A stretch of 64,000 bases of DNA from Vicinamibacteria bacterium. GTDB lineage: Bacteria > Acidobacteriota > Vicinamibacteria > Marinacidobacterales > Marinacidobacteraceae. Positions 9,931 to 18,471 of the stretch are shown piece by piece (position 1 is the first letter of the stretch; each line of letters opens with the position of its first letter). The position numbers and the translations under genes were made by a program. The notes under the pieces are model-generated. The model was given only the letters and a program-made list of their open reading frames with translations. It made no database searches and was not told the DNA's origin. The stretch lies in assembly GCA_963668695.2 (NCBI GenBank), contig CAXXLQ010000004.1, positions 832,001 through 896,000 of the forward strand, read 5' to 3'.

Positions 9931-9999
9931 TTCGGCCGCCGCGATCCGGGTTCAGCGCCTGGCGGAACTGAGGTCCGTCGGGCGGCGGCGGGACGCTGT

Positions 10000-10403
10000 T
10001 AACAGCCGGTGGTGGAACCCGCGTGAGCGCCGAGGCCGGGGAGGCGCCCGGCTGACAAGGCGCGTGAGGGAGGAGCCCCCACCGGGAGAACTGGCCCGGG
10101 TGTATTTCGACCGAAACGCAACGATGAGCGGCGCGCAGCGACGCGGGCAACAGCCTGTGGGGGAACCCGGGTGAGCGACGAGGTCGGTGAGGCGCCCGGC
10201 TGGCGAGGCGCGTGAGGGAGGAATACCGGGTGTATTTCGACCGAAACGCAACGACGAGCGGCGCGCAGCGACGCGGTTCAGCCGGGATGGATCGCCGGCC
10301 GAACGCCGCCCGGGTTTCCTTACAGGCTGTTTGGCCGGGATGGATCGCCGGCCGAGCCCCCACCGGGAGAACTGGGCCGCGTGGGTTTCGCTACCGGTTG
10401 TTA
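10000..10403 (+). mobile_element. Composite MITE (subfamily II ends): two left arms and two right arms
   Basis: TAACAGCCGGTGGTGGAACCC start, second CAGCCTGTGG at ~10151, right ends at ~10330 and ~10403; abuts the TAA of the downstream gene. Confidence 0.85.
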
Positions 10404-11303
10404 ACTCCGGCAGCCCGCCTCGCCGGGGAACAGCGCGCGCGCCAGGAGTTCGAATCGCTGCTCTCCAAGAAACCACAGAGTCGTCTCATGAGCCGTGGCG
10501 AAGGTTTCGAACAACCCGGCGGCCTCGGCGCCCTCGAAGACCCGGCACGAGAAGCGCGTGTCGTCGTCGCGTTCCGGCGCGTTTGACAGCGGCCACGGAC
10601 GCTCGTCCCGGTCCGGCGGCTCGTACGGCGGGACATCGAAGACCGTGATCACCTGCAGCCGGTCTCCCAGGTAGGGGGTGAAATCCAGGGTGGCCTCTTC
10701 GAACACCTCCAGCAGGGCCAAGAGGTGCGGAACGCGCGGGTCCGGGTGGGCGTCCATCCCGGCAAAGAGACCCTCCACCCGGATCACATGGTCGCCCGCC
10801 GTGTCCCGGAAGATCAGTTCGGTGGTCAGGATTTCAGGTACCAGGTCGGACGGCGCGGAAATGTGCTCCTCCCCGGCCTCCGGCAAGCCCGAGGCGGCGA
10901 TCTCGTCGAGGGCCGCCTCGAGTTGGGCGGCGGCCAACTCGGTTTCGTTGAGGGACGCCAGCAGCGGCGGGGGCGAGATCGGCGGCGGCGACCCCTCGGA
11001 ATACAGCGTCCCTCCGGCAGTCAGCCAGTAGATCGGCGGAAGGTCGAGGCTGTATTCGGGCGGCAGGAGGCCGCCGCTGACCCACACCTCCAAGACGACG
11101 GCCGACGGATCGTCCGGCAGGAGCAGGTCCGGGGGTGCGGGGTCCGGGGCGGGTGCGGGATCCGGTGTCGGCGCGGGGGCCGGTGCCGGCGTGGGAACCG
11201 GGGGCACGGTGGGCGACCCGGAATCGCCGCCGCAAGCAGCGGCCGCCAGCGACGCCGCCAGGCCGGCGACCCGCCACCACCCCGGATACAGCCGCCGGTT
11301 CAT
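10401..11303 (-). CDS. Hypothetical lipoprotein with Pro-rich linker
   Basis: LAAAAC lipobox followed by PTVPPVPTPAPAPAPTPDP; acidic globular C-region. Confidence 0.75.
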   Translation of the reverse strand: MNRRLYPGWWRVAGLAASLAAAACGGDSGSPTVPPVPTPAPAPAPTPDPAPAPDPAPPDLLLPDDPSAVVLEVWVSGGLLPPEYSLDLPPIYWLTAGGTLYSEGSPPPISPPPLLASLNETELAAAQLEAALDEIAASGLPEAGEEHISAPSDLVPEILTTELIFRDTAGDHVIRVEGLFAGMDAHPDPRVPHLLALLEVFEEATLDFTPYLGDRLQVITVFDVPPYEPPDRDERPWPLSNAPERDDDTRFSCRVFEGAEAAGLFETFATAHETTLWFLGEQRFELLARALFPGEAGCRS

Positions 11304-11427
11304 GACGGGCTCAGTCTAGGTCCTTTCGTGAGGGCACCTCCAGCGAGGCGGAAGCATCCCGAGCTTTTTTCCCACGGGACACCGCGCGTTCAAACACGGG
11401 CCGCGGGCGCTCCTTACACTTGCCGGC

Positions 11428-12990
11428 ATGACCATGAACCGGCGGCTTTTCCTCGGAACCTCCGCGCGGGCGGGACTCGTCCTCCCCTTCGCGCGGGCAC
11501 TCCCCGTCCTCGGGCAGGAACGGGTCTTCGCCCACGGGGTGGCGAGCGGCGATCCGCTCACCGACCGGGTGCTGCTCTGGACCCGCGTTTCGGGTTCAGC
11601 GGCCGACCGGGTGCCGGTCCGCTGGGCGGTGGCGCGCGATCCCGGAATGCAGGAGGTGGTCTCGGAAGGTGAAGCGACAACCGGACCCGAGCGCGACTAC
11701 ACCTTCAAGGCGACCGCTTCCGGCCTGAAGCCGGGCATGACGTACCACTACCGCTTCGAGGCGCTCGGGGAGCGGTCCCCGGTGGGCCGGACGAAGACCC
11801 TGCCGCGGGATCCCCAGCATGTCCGGCTGGCCTTCGTATGCTGCTCCAACCTGCCCTTCGGGTACTTCAACGTGTACCGGCGGGTCGCCGAGCGGGACGA
11901 TCTCGACGCCGTCCTCCACCTCGGGGACTACCTCTACGAGTACCCGAACCGCGACTACGGTGACGGGACGCGGTTCGGGCGGGTGCCCCAGCCGAACAAG
12001 GAGATCACCACCCTCTCGGACTACCGGACCCGGCACGCGCAGTACAAGTCGGATCCCGACCTCCAGGAGGTCCATCGGCTCCACCCCTTCGTCTGCATCT
12101 GGGACGACCACGAGATCACGAACAACGCCTACACGGACGGCGCCGAGAACCACCAGGTCGCGGAGGAAGAGGGCGACTGGTTCGTACGCCGCACGGCCGC
12201 CGTCAAGGCCTACTTCGAGTGGATGCCGATCCGCGAGCCCGAGCCCTGGCCCAGCCAGCGCACCTACCGGACTTTCCGCTTCGGGAAGCTGCTCGACCTC
12301 ATCATGCTGGACACCCGGCTGATCGGCCGCTCCCGGCAGGCCGAAAGGGGCGACGTCGAGGGAATGGCCCATCCGGACCGCACCCTGCTCGGCGAACGGC
12401 AGGAGCGCTGGCTCTACGGGGAGCTCGCTGCCGCCAAGTCTGCGGGGATCCGCTGGCCGGTGCTCGGGCAGCAGGTGATGATGGGACCGATGCTGGACGC
12501 CGACCGGAACCCCCGAAACCCCGACCAGTGGGACGGCTACGACGCGAGCCGCAACCGGCTCTTCGACTTCCTTGAGCGCGAACGGATCGGCAACCTGGTG
12601 GTGCTCACCGGCGACGTGCACCAATCGTGGGGGATGGACGTGCCGCGGAGTTCCCTGGCCGGCTACGACCCGGACACGGGCGCCGGATCCTACGGAGTGG
12701 ACTTCGTGGCCACCGCCGTGTCATCCCCAAGTTCGAGGCTCCGCCGGCTGGGGACCGAGGACGCCATCGCCGCCGAGGTGAAGGAGGTCCTGGCCGCCAA
12801 CCCGCACCAGAAGTTCGGGGAAGCATTCCACCGCGGCTATTGCGTGCTGGACCTCAAACCCGACCGCATCCAGAACGACTGGTACTTCGTGCCGACCGTC
12901 GAGGAGAAGACCGACGAGCAACACTGGGCGGCAGGGATCCGGGTGGCGTCCGGGACCCAGCACGGGGTCCGGGCGGACGGGCCGGCGTAG
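11428..12990 (+). CDS. phoD: Alkaline phosphatase D (Tat-exported)
   Basis: NRRLFL Tat motif; FAHGVASGDP, HLGDYLYEY, IWDDHE, LDTR, DQWDGY, LTGDVH. Confidence 0.95.
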   Translation: MTMNRRLFLGTSARAGLVLPFARALPVLGQERVFAHGVASGDPLTDRVLLWTRVSGSAADRVPVRWAVARDPGMQEVVSEGEATTGPERDYTFKATASGLKPGMTYHYRFEALGERSPVGRTKTLPRDPQHVRLAFVCCSNLPFGYFNVYRRVAERDDLDAVLHLGDYLYEYPNRDYGDGTRFGRVPQPNKEITTLSDYRTRHAQYKSDPDLQEVHRLHPFVCIWDDHEITNNAYTDGAENHQVAEEEGDWFVRRTAAVKAYFEWMPIREPEPWPSQRTYRTFRFGKLLDLIMLDTRLIGRSRQAERGDVEGMAHPDRTLLGERQERWLYGELAAAKSAGIRWPVLGQQVMMGPMLDADRNPRNPDQWDGYDASRNRLFDFLERERIGNLVVLTGDVHQSWGMDVPRSSLAGYDPDTGAGSYGVDFVATAVSSPSSRLRRLGTEDAIAAEVKEVLAANPHQKFGEAFHRGYCVLDLKPDRIQNDWYFVPTVEEKTDEQHWAAGIRVASGTQHGVRADGPA

Positions 12991-13022
12991 ACGAAGGCAG
13001 CAGACTCAAGGGAGTGGATGGG

Positions 13023-13367
13023 GTGCCTACTGGAAAAAAGCACGACCTCGTTCTCGTCACCTTGGATAGAGAGCAGATCGCCAAAGCCAAGCATGTGAAT
13101 GGCAGACGAAAGCGAATCACACACGCACTCATTTGTGGACCCTATGGGCAGATTTTCGGAACCAAGCAGCAATGCCTGAAGTACTTCGCCGCATGGGATC
13201 CACGGCGCCGTTGGGAAGTCGCTCCAAGTCAGTGGAGAGCGGGAATGTTCCCGAATCTGTTTGCTGCCGCCGTAGAGACAGATCAATACGAGATTCTTGA
13301 CTACAAGACGACCTTCAATCTGGTCATCAAACTGATCGCGCTCGACGAGGCTTGCGAAGGGAACTAG
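13023..13367 (+). CDS. Hypothetical protein (visibly lower GC)
   Basis: GTG start after gggag; protein-like composition (HALICGPYGQIFGTKQQCLKYF); AT-richer than flanks. Confidence 0.6.
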   Translation: MPTGKKHDLVLVTLDREQIAKAKHVNGRRKRITHALICGPYGQIFGTKQQCLKYFAAWDPRRRWEVAPSQWRAGMFPNLFAAAVETDQYEILDYKTTFNLVIKLIALDEACEGN

Positions 13368-13459
13368 GTTCGCCAGCTAGTGACGCCTAGGTGGTAGGTG
13401 CCGTTCCGGTGTTCGCTAGCAGTACGCCGCAGGCTCACGATCAGAGAACATCAAGATGT

Positions 13460-13993
13460 GTGAAGTACTTCGCGTACGGCTCCAACCTGCTGACCAGGCG
13501 CCTGGCGGATCCGTCGCGCGCTCCCTCGGCCGTCGCACGCGGGATTGCAACGGTGTCCGGTTTCGTCGTCCGGTTTCACAAGATCGGGACGGACGGCTCC
13601 GGCAAATGCACGCTCATCGCGACCGGGGACGATGCGGACGTGGTGTACGGGGTCCTCTACGAGTTCGCGGACTCCGACGTCGCCGGGCTGGACAGGGCGG
13701 AAGGCGTGCACCTCGGCGCTTACCACCGGCATCCCATCCGGCTTGGCTTCCTCGACGGGAGCACCACCGAGGCCGTGACCTATGTCGCCAGTGACCGGTA
13801 TGTAGACGCAGCGTGTGTTCCGTTCGATTGGTACCGGGATCTCTGCGTGGCGGGCGCGATGGAACACGAGTTGCCGCTCCCGTACGTGCAGGAGTTGGCG
13901 CGGACTCCGGCGGCGCCCGACCCGGACGGCGCGCGGGCGGCGCGGGCGCGGCGGCTACTCGAGGGTTCTTGCATTCCAGAGGCTCGGCGGTGA
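13460..13993 (+). CDS. Gamma-glutamylcyclotransferase (AIG2-like)
   Basis: YFAYGSNL, VYGVLYE, LDRAEG. Confidence 0.9.
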   Translation: MKYFAYGSNLLTRRLADPSRAPSAVARGIATVSGFVVRFHKIGTDGSGKCTLIATGDDADVVYGVLYEFADSDVAGLDRAEGVHLGAYHRHPIRLGFLDGSTTEAVTYVASDRYVDAACVPFDWYRDLCVAGAMEHELPLPYVQELARTPAAPDPDGARAARARRLLEGSCIPEARR

Positions 13994-14106
13994 TCCGGCG
14001 GCAGTTGCAGACAGGAACCGGGGAACACCTCACGAGCGCTGCCGCACGGGATGGTTGTGACGGTCTCGCCCGCCTGCGCCCGGGCGATGCCGGTCAGAGA
14101 CGGCTC

Positions 14107-14535
14107 TCACGCGAGCTCGGCGAGGGGCGCAATCGAATCCGACAGATAGGGGTGGCTCCCGACCCGGTCGCAAAACCGCCGGTCCGCGGTGATGAGCGGG
14201 GCCTTCTCCTGAATCGCGAGCGCGAGATAGAAGCAGTCGTAGACCGGATGACCGAGATCCGCGGCGAGCCGCGATGCCGCCGGAGTGAGTTGCAGGAGCG
14301 TGCTCGGCACCAGCACCGGAGCCGCCCGCAGCGTCTGCACGGCTTCCTCCAACTGGTGGTCCTGCAGGTCCCCACGCTGTCTCATCGCCCACAGAGCGTT
14401 CGCCGCCTCCGCGAACAGCAGATCGGGAGCCATGAGCGAAATCCCTTTGGTCAGCAGCAGCGCTGCCTGGTCGGATAGTGGTTCCCGGACCAGCCATTTG
14501 ACGGCGACGCTGGCGTCGACGACGTAGCGGGTCAT
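14107..14535 (-). CDS. vapC: VapC PIN-domain toxin
   Basis: YVVDASVAVKW, AEAANAL, HPVYDCFYLALA, ITAD. Confidence 0.93.
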   Translation of the reverse strand: MTRYVVDASVAVKWLVREPLSDQAALLLTKGISLMAPDLLFAEAANALWAMRQRGDLQDHQLEEAVQTLRAAPVLVPSTLLQLTPAASRLAADLGHPVYDCFYLALAIQEKAPLITADRRFCDRVGSHPYLSDSIAPLAELA

Positions 14536-14768
14536 CCGCGGAAGTCCCGATCCCGGTCGGCGCGAATGACATCCGTGCTGTCCACCGTGGAGACGAGGCG
14601 CTCACGCAACCTGGCGGCACGCGCCGCGAAGTCTTCGGACTCAGCGAGCAGGGCCCGACGGAGGATCTCGCGGTGTTCCGCTTCCGCAGAACGGCCATTC
14701 GCCACGGCCCGCCGCTTCAATTCCCGCACCACCTGGTCCGTCACCCGACGAACCGTCAACTGAGCCAT
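14532..14768 (-). CDS. FitA-like ribbon-helix-helix antitoxin
   Basis: MAQLTVRRV...LKRRAVANGRSAEAEHREIL; ATGA overlap with vapC. Confidence 0.9.
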   Translation of the reverse strand: MAQLTVRRVTDQVVRELKRRAVANGRSAEAEHREILRRALLAESEDFAARAARLRERLVSTVDSTDVIRADRDRDFRG

Positions 14769-14890
14769 GGTCGTTCCTGCAATGAAGGCGCTGTCATTGA
14801 CAGCATTCTATCGAACGACGGTCAGTCAGGATAGGGGCGTGCGACAGGCCGGCGTTTCAGGTTGGACCAGCCGGACAGATGGTGCGCCCG

Positions 14891-15595
14891 CTACTCCGCG
14901 CGGCGGGCGCCGAGAATTCGTACCGGCTCGTTCAGGATCTGTCCCTGGACCATTTCCGAGGCCGCGGGCGCGTCCGTCGGGAGTCCGTGGATCTCTTCGA
15001 GCACTTCCATCCCCCCGACCACGCGGCCGAAGGTGGCGTAGCCGTAGCCGTCCCGGGTCGGATCCCCGGCGTCGGTGTCGAGCACGAAGTTGTCCCCCAC
15101 GTTGAAGAAGATCTCCGAGTTCGCGGTGCCGGGCTCACTCCGGGCGTAAGCGAGGGTGCCCCGTCCGTTCCGGATCCCGGTGTCATGGGTGGTCTCATGA
15201 GGGATGGGCGGGAACGGCGGCTCCTCCTCCGCCTCCCCGCCGTCGCGGACGAGCATCGGCAGGCTCCGAAGCCCGCCCTGCACCACGTCGTGCGCGTCTC
15301 CCCCGGCCGTGTGGGTCGCGCGGTAGAACGCCGCGCCCTCGTAGTGGCCGCCGTCCACGTAGCGGAGGAACTGCGCGACCGACAAGGGAGCGCGCTCCGG
15401 ATAAAGCTCCACCTCGATCTCGCCGAGGGCGGTCTCGAGGACCACATCGACGGTCTCTTCCGCGGTCTCAGCCGGCGGCGCCTCGGCCGGTTCCTCGCCG
15501 GCGTCCGGTCCGCACGCGACCGGCAAGAACGCCAGCGCGGCCAGCGCCAGTACGGTCCCCAGTACGGTCAATCGAAGGTTGGTGAGTTTCAACAT
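14891..15595 (-). CDS. Cyclophilin-type peptidyl-prolyl isomerase, lipoprotein
   Basis: APLSVAQFLRYVDGGHY, FYR, VVQGG, GTLAYAR, SEIFFN, GYATFGRVVGGMEV. Confidence 0.92.
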   Translation of the reverse strand: MLKLTNLRLTVLGTVLALAALAFLPVACGPDAGEEPAEAPPAETAEETVDVVLETALGEIEVELYPERAPLSVAQFLRYVDGGHYEGAAFYRATHTAGGDAHDVVQGGLRSLPMLVRDGGEAEEEPPFPPIPHETTHDTGIRNGRGTLAYARSEPGTANSEIFFNVGDNFVLDTDAGDPTRDGYGYATFGRVVGGMEVLEEIHGLPTDAPAASEMVQGQILNEPVRILGARRAE

Positions 15596-15673
15596 GGGGT
15601 GCTCCAACGGGAAACGAAGTCGGGCCGGAGAATATCCGGCGCCTACCGAACCGGACCGAATCGAGGACGTAGT

Positions 15674-15769
15674 GAAGAAGTGCCGATCACGTTCATGGAC
15701 CATCCACCCCTCACCTGGTCGCCCGGGTGCGAGGTCGAGGTGCACGAGATGGTTGGAGCCTCCCGGTGA
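15674..15769 (+). pseudogene. Internally deleted copy of the YCII-like gene at 18136..18471
   Basis: gaatcgagga...tgaagaagt matches the 5' end and DHPPLTWSPGCEVEVHEMVG matches the 3' end of that gene. Confidence 0.75.
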
Positions 15770-17985
15770 ACCGTCCGTCCCGCACCCCGCCGGGTGCCTT
15801 GGCCGGCTTCCTCCTGACCAGTCTCCTGGGCGGCTTCGGTCTCGGATCGCCGGCGTCCGCTCAGGACCGCGAAGCGCGGGCGGTCCGCATCGAGACCCCG
15901 CCCCATGTGGACGGCGTGCTCGACGAGCCGTTCTGGGCCGGGATCCCCCCGGTCACCGGCTTCCGGCAGCGCGACCCGGTGGACGGCGCGCCGGCCAGCG
16001 AGCGGACCGAGGTGCGGATCGCCTACGACCAGGACGCGCTCTACTTCGGGTTCACGTTCTTCGATTCCGAGCCCGACCGCATCCGCCGGGCCATCCTCGA
16101 CCGCGGCGGCCGGATCAGCAAGGACGACCGGGTGGTCATCGCCCTCGACACCTACCTCGACCGCCGGAACGGCTACATCTTCGAGGTCGGCGCGCTCGGC
16201 ACCCAGGACGACGCCCTCTTCTCGGACGAAAGCCTCGACCGCCCCGACTGGAACTGGGACGGGGTCTTCACCACCGACACCACGGTGAACGCCGAGGGCT
16301 GGGTGCTCGAGATGGCGATCCCGTTCACCACGATCCGCTTCGCCGACGTGGAGGAACCGGTCATGGGGATCGCCTTCCAGCGCTCCATCCGGCGAAAGAA
16401 CGAGACGGTCGTCTGGCCCCACATCGGACAGGATTTCGTGGGGGGAATCGCCCAGGCCTCCCAATACGCGACGCTCACCGGGCTGAAGGACGTCCGCCGG
16501 GGCCACCGCCTCGAAGTGAAGCCGTTCGCCACCCTCGGCGGCCAGCAACTCGCCGGCGAGCCCGACTTCGAACGCCAGTCGAAGACTGGTCTCGATCTGA
16601 AGTACGGGCTGACCTCGAATCTGACGCTCGATCTGACCTGGAACACCGATTTCGCCCAGGTCGAGACGGACAACGTCCAGATCAACCTCACGCGGTTCGA
16701 CCTCTTCTTCCCGGAAAAGCGGGAGTTCTTCCTCGAGCGCGCCGGATTGTTCGAGTTCGGAACCCGGGGGGAAACCGGAGTCTTCTTCAGCCGCCGGGTG
16801 GGCCTCGACAGCGACATCCGCGGCGGCGCCCGGCTCACCGGGCAGGCGGGGCCGATCTCCATCGGGGCGCTCGCGCTCAGAACCGGGGGGAAGCTGCCGG
16901 ACTCCGGCGCCGGGACCGGGGACGGCGAAGTTCCGGCCGCCTGGAACTCGGTCCTCCGCCTGCGGGCCAACCTCCGCGAGCGCACCACGGCCGGGGTGAT
17001 TGCGACGAGTCTCGACCGCGCCGACGGGCGTTCGAGCCGCGCGGCCGGCGCCGACTTTCAGACGAGGTTCTGGAGCAGCTCCGGCTTTCGGGTGTGGGGG
17101 GCCAGCTTGTGGGATTCCGCGACGGGCGGATCGGGCCCTGGACAGCAGGCTGGTCGCGCTCAACTGGATCTGGAGAACGACCGCTACGCCCTGACCCTGG
17201 GCCGCATCCGCGTCGGGAAGAACTTCGACCCCGCGCTCGGGTTTGTCCGCCGCCGGGATATGGACGAGTGGGCCCTCTGGGGCGGCTTCCGGCCCCGATT
17301 CGAATCCAGCGGGTGGGCACGGCGGTTTTCCGTGTGGGGAGGCGGGGCCCGCACCCGCGGGACCGGCGGAGAGCTTCAGTCGGAGAGGCTCTCGTCGAAT
17401 GCGAGCCTCCTGTCCGAGTCCGGAGAATCGGTTTCCGTCGTCGTGGACGACCGTTTCGAGCGCCTCCACGGGCCGGCTTCCATCAGTGGACGAACGCTCC
17501 CTCCCGGGGACTACCGCTTCCGTTTCTGGGAAGCCTTGGTCCGGACCAACGAGAGCCGGATGTTGTCGATGTCGCTGGAGGGGTCCCGGGGCGGCTTCTG
17601 GAGCGGGCGCCGCACCCGCGTCGCCGGGAGCGTGGTCCTCAAGACGGGGCCGCACCTCACGATCGGGAGCCGAATCTCGCGCAACCAGATCTCCCTGCCG
17701 GTGGCTGACGGCGACTTCACCACCACCCTGGTCGCGTTCGACGTCCTGGGCGCGGTCAGCCGCAAGCTCTTCGCCAGCGCCCTCGTGCAGTGGGACAGCC
17801 TTTCGCGGGAACTCCAGGCGAACATCCGGGTGGACTGGATCCACACTCCCGGGAGCGACCTCTTCCTCGTCCTCGACACGGGGTACATCACCGACGACGC
17901 GCTCGACCCCCGCTTCGACCCCCAGTTCGACCCCTGGACACGGCGTACCGCAGTCGCCAAGCTGACCTGGCTGAAGGCGTTCTGA
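15766..17985 (+). CDS. CBM9-like/DUF5916 outer-membrane protein, copy 1
   Basis: Signal peptide; PHVDGVLDEPFW, TEVRIAYD, WNTDFAQVETD, FFPEKREFFLE, FFSRR; C-terminal Phe. Confidence 0.88.
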   Translation: MNRPSRTPPGALAGFLLTSLLGGFGLGSPASAQDREARAVRIETPPHVDGVLDEPFWAGIPPVTGFRQRDPVDGAPASERTEVRIAYDQDALYFGFTFFDSEPDRIRRAILDRGGRISKDDRVVIALDTYLDRRNGYIFEVGALGTQDDALFSDESLDRPDWNWDGVFTTDTTVNAEGWVLEMAIPFTTIRFADVEEPVMGIAFQRSIRRKNETVVWPHIGQDFVGGIAQASQYATLTGLKDVRRGHRLEVKPFATLGGQQLAGEPDFERQSKTGLDLKYGLTSNLTLDLTWNTDFAQVETDNVQINLTRFDLFFPEKREFFLERAGLFEFGTRGETGVFFSRRVGLDSDIRGGARLTGQAGPISIGALALRTGGKLPDSGAGTGDGEVPAAWNSVLRLRANLRERTTAGVIATSLDRADGRSSRAAGADFQTRFWSSSGFRVWGASLWDSATGGSGPGQQAGRAQLDLENDRYALTLGRIRVGKNFDPALGFVRRRDMDEWALWGGFRPRFESSGWARRFSVWGGGARTRGTGGELQSERLSSNASLLSESGESVSVVVDDRFERLHGPASISGRTLPPGDYRFRFWEALVRTNESRMLSMSLEGSRGGFWSGRRTRVAGSVVLKTGPHLTIGSRISRNQISLPVADGDFTTTLVAFDVLGAVSRKLFASALVQWDSLSRELQANIRVDWIHTPGSDLFLVLDTGYITDDALDPRFDPQFDPWTRRTAVAKLTWLKAF

Positions 17986-18135
17986 CCGCCAAGCAGCTCC
18001 GGCTGTCCGTCCTCCCCCGGAACATGCCATGCCCGGCCGGGAGGTTCGACCGCGCCGTTCCACCCGTTGACGCGCCCGCCGCTCCCGCCTATCGTCGCGC
18101 GCTCCGGACCAACCGCAGCGAATCGAGGAACACGG

Positions 18136-18471
18136 ATGAAGAAGTACCTGGTGATCTACCACCTGCCCATGTCGTTCCTGCAGATGGCGAAGGATGCCGA
18201 CCCGGCGGAAATGAAGGCCGGGATGGAAGCCTGGATGGCGTGGTTCGGACGCTGCGGGGAGGCTCTCGTGGACATGGGAACGCAGCTCGGCGGCGGACAG
18301 CGGCTGACCGCCTCCGGGAACTCGCCGAGCGAGCGGAACGTAGTGGGCTACTCGATCCTCGAGGCAGAGAACATGAAAACGGCCCAGGCCCTGCTCGCCG
18401 ACCACCCGCACCTCGCGTGGTCGCCGGACTGCGAGGTCGAGGTGCACGAGATGGCCGGAGGGTCCGGCTGA
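18136..18471 (+). CDS. YCII-related small protein
   Basis: MKKYLVIY...AWMAWF...VDMG...GYSILEAE...HPHL...EVHE. Confidence 0.75.
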   Translation: MKKYLVIYHLPMSFLQMAKDADPAEMKAGMEAWMAWFGRCGEALVDMGTQLGGGQRLTASGNSPSERNVVGYSILEAENMKTAQALLADHPHLAWSPDCEVEVHEMAGGSG

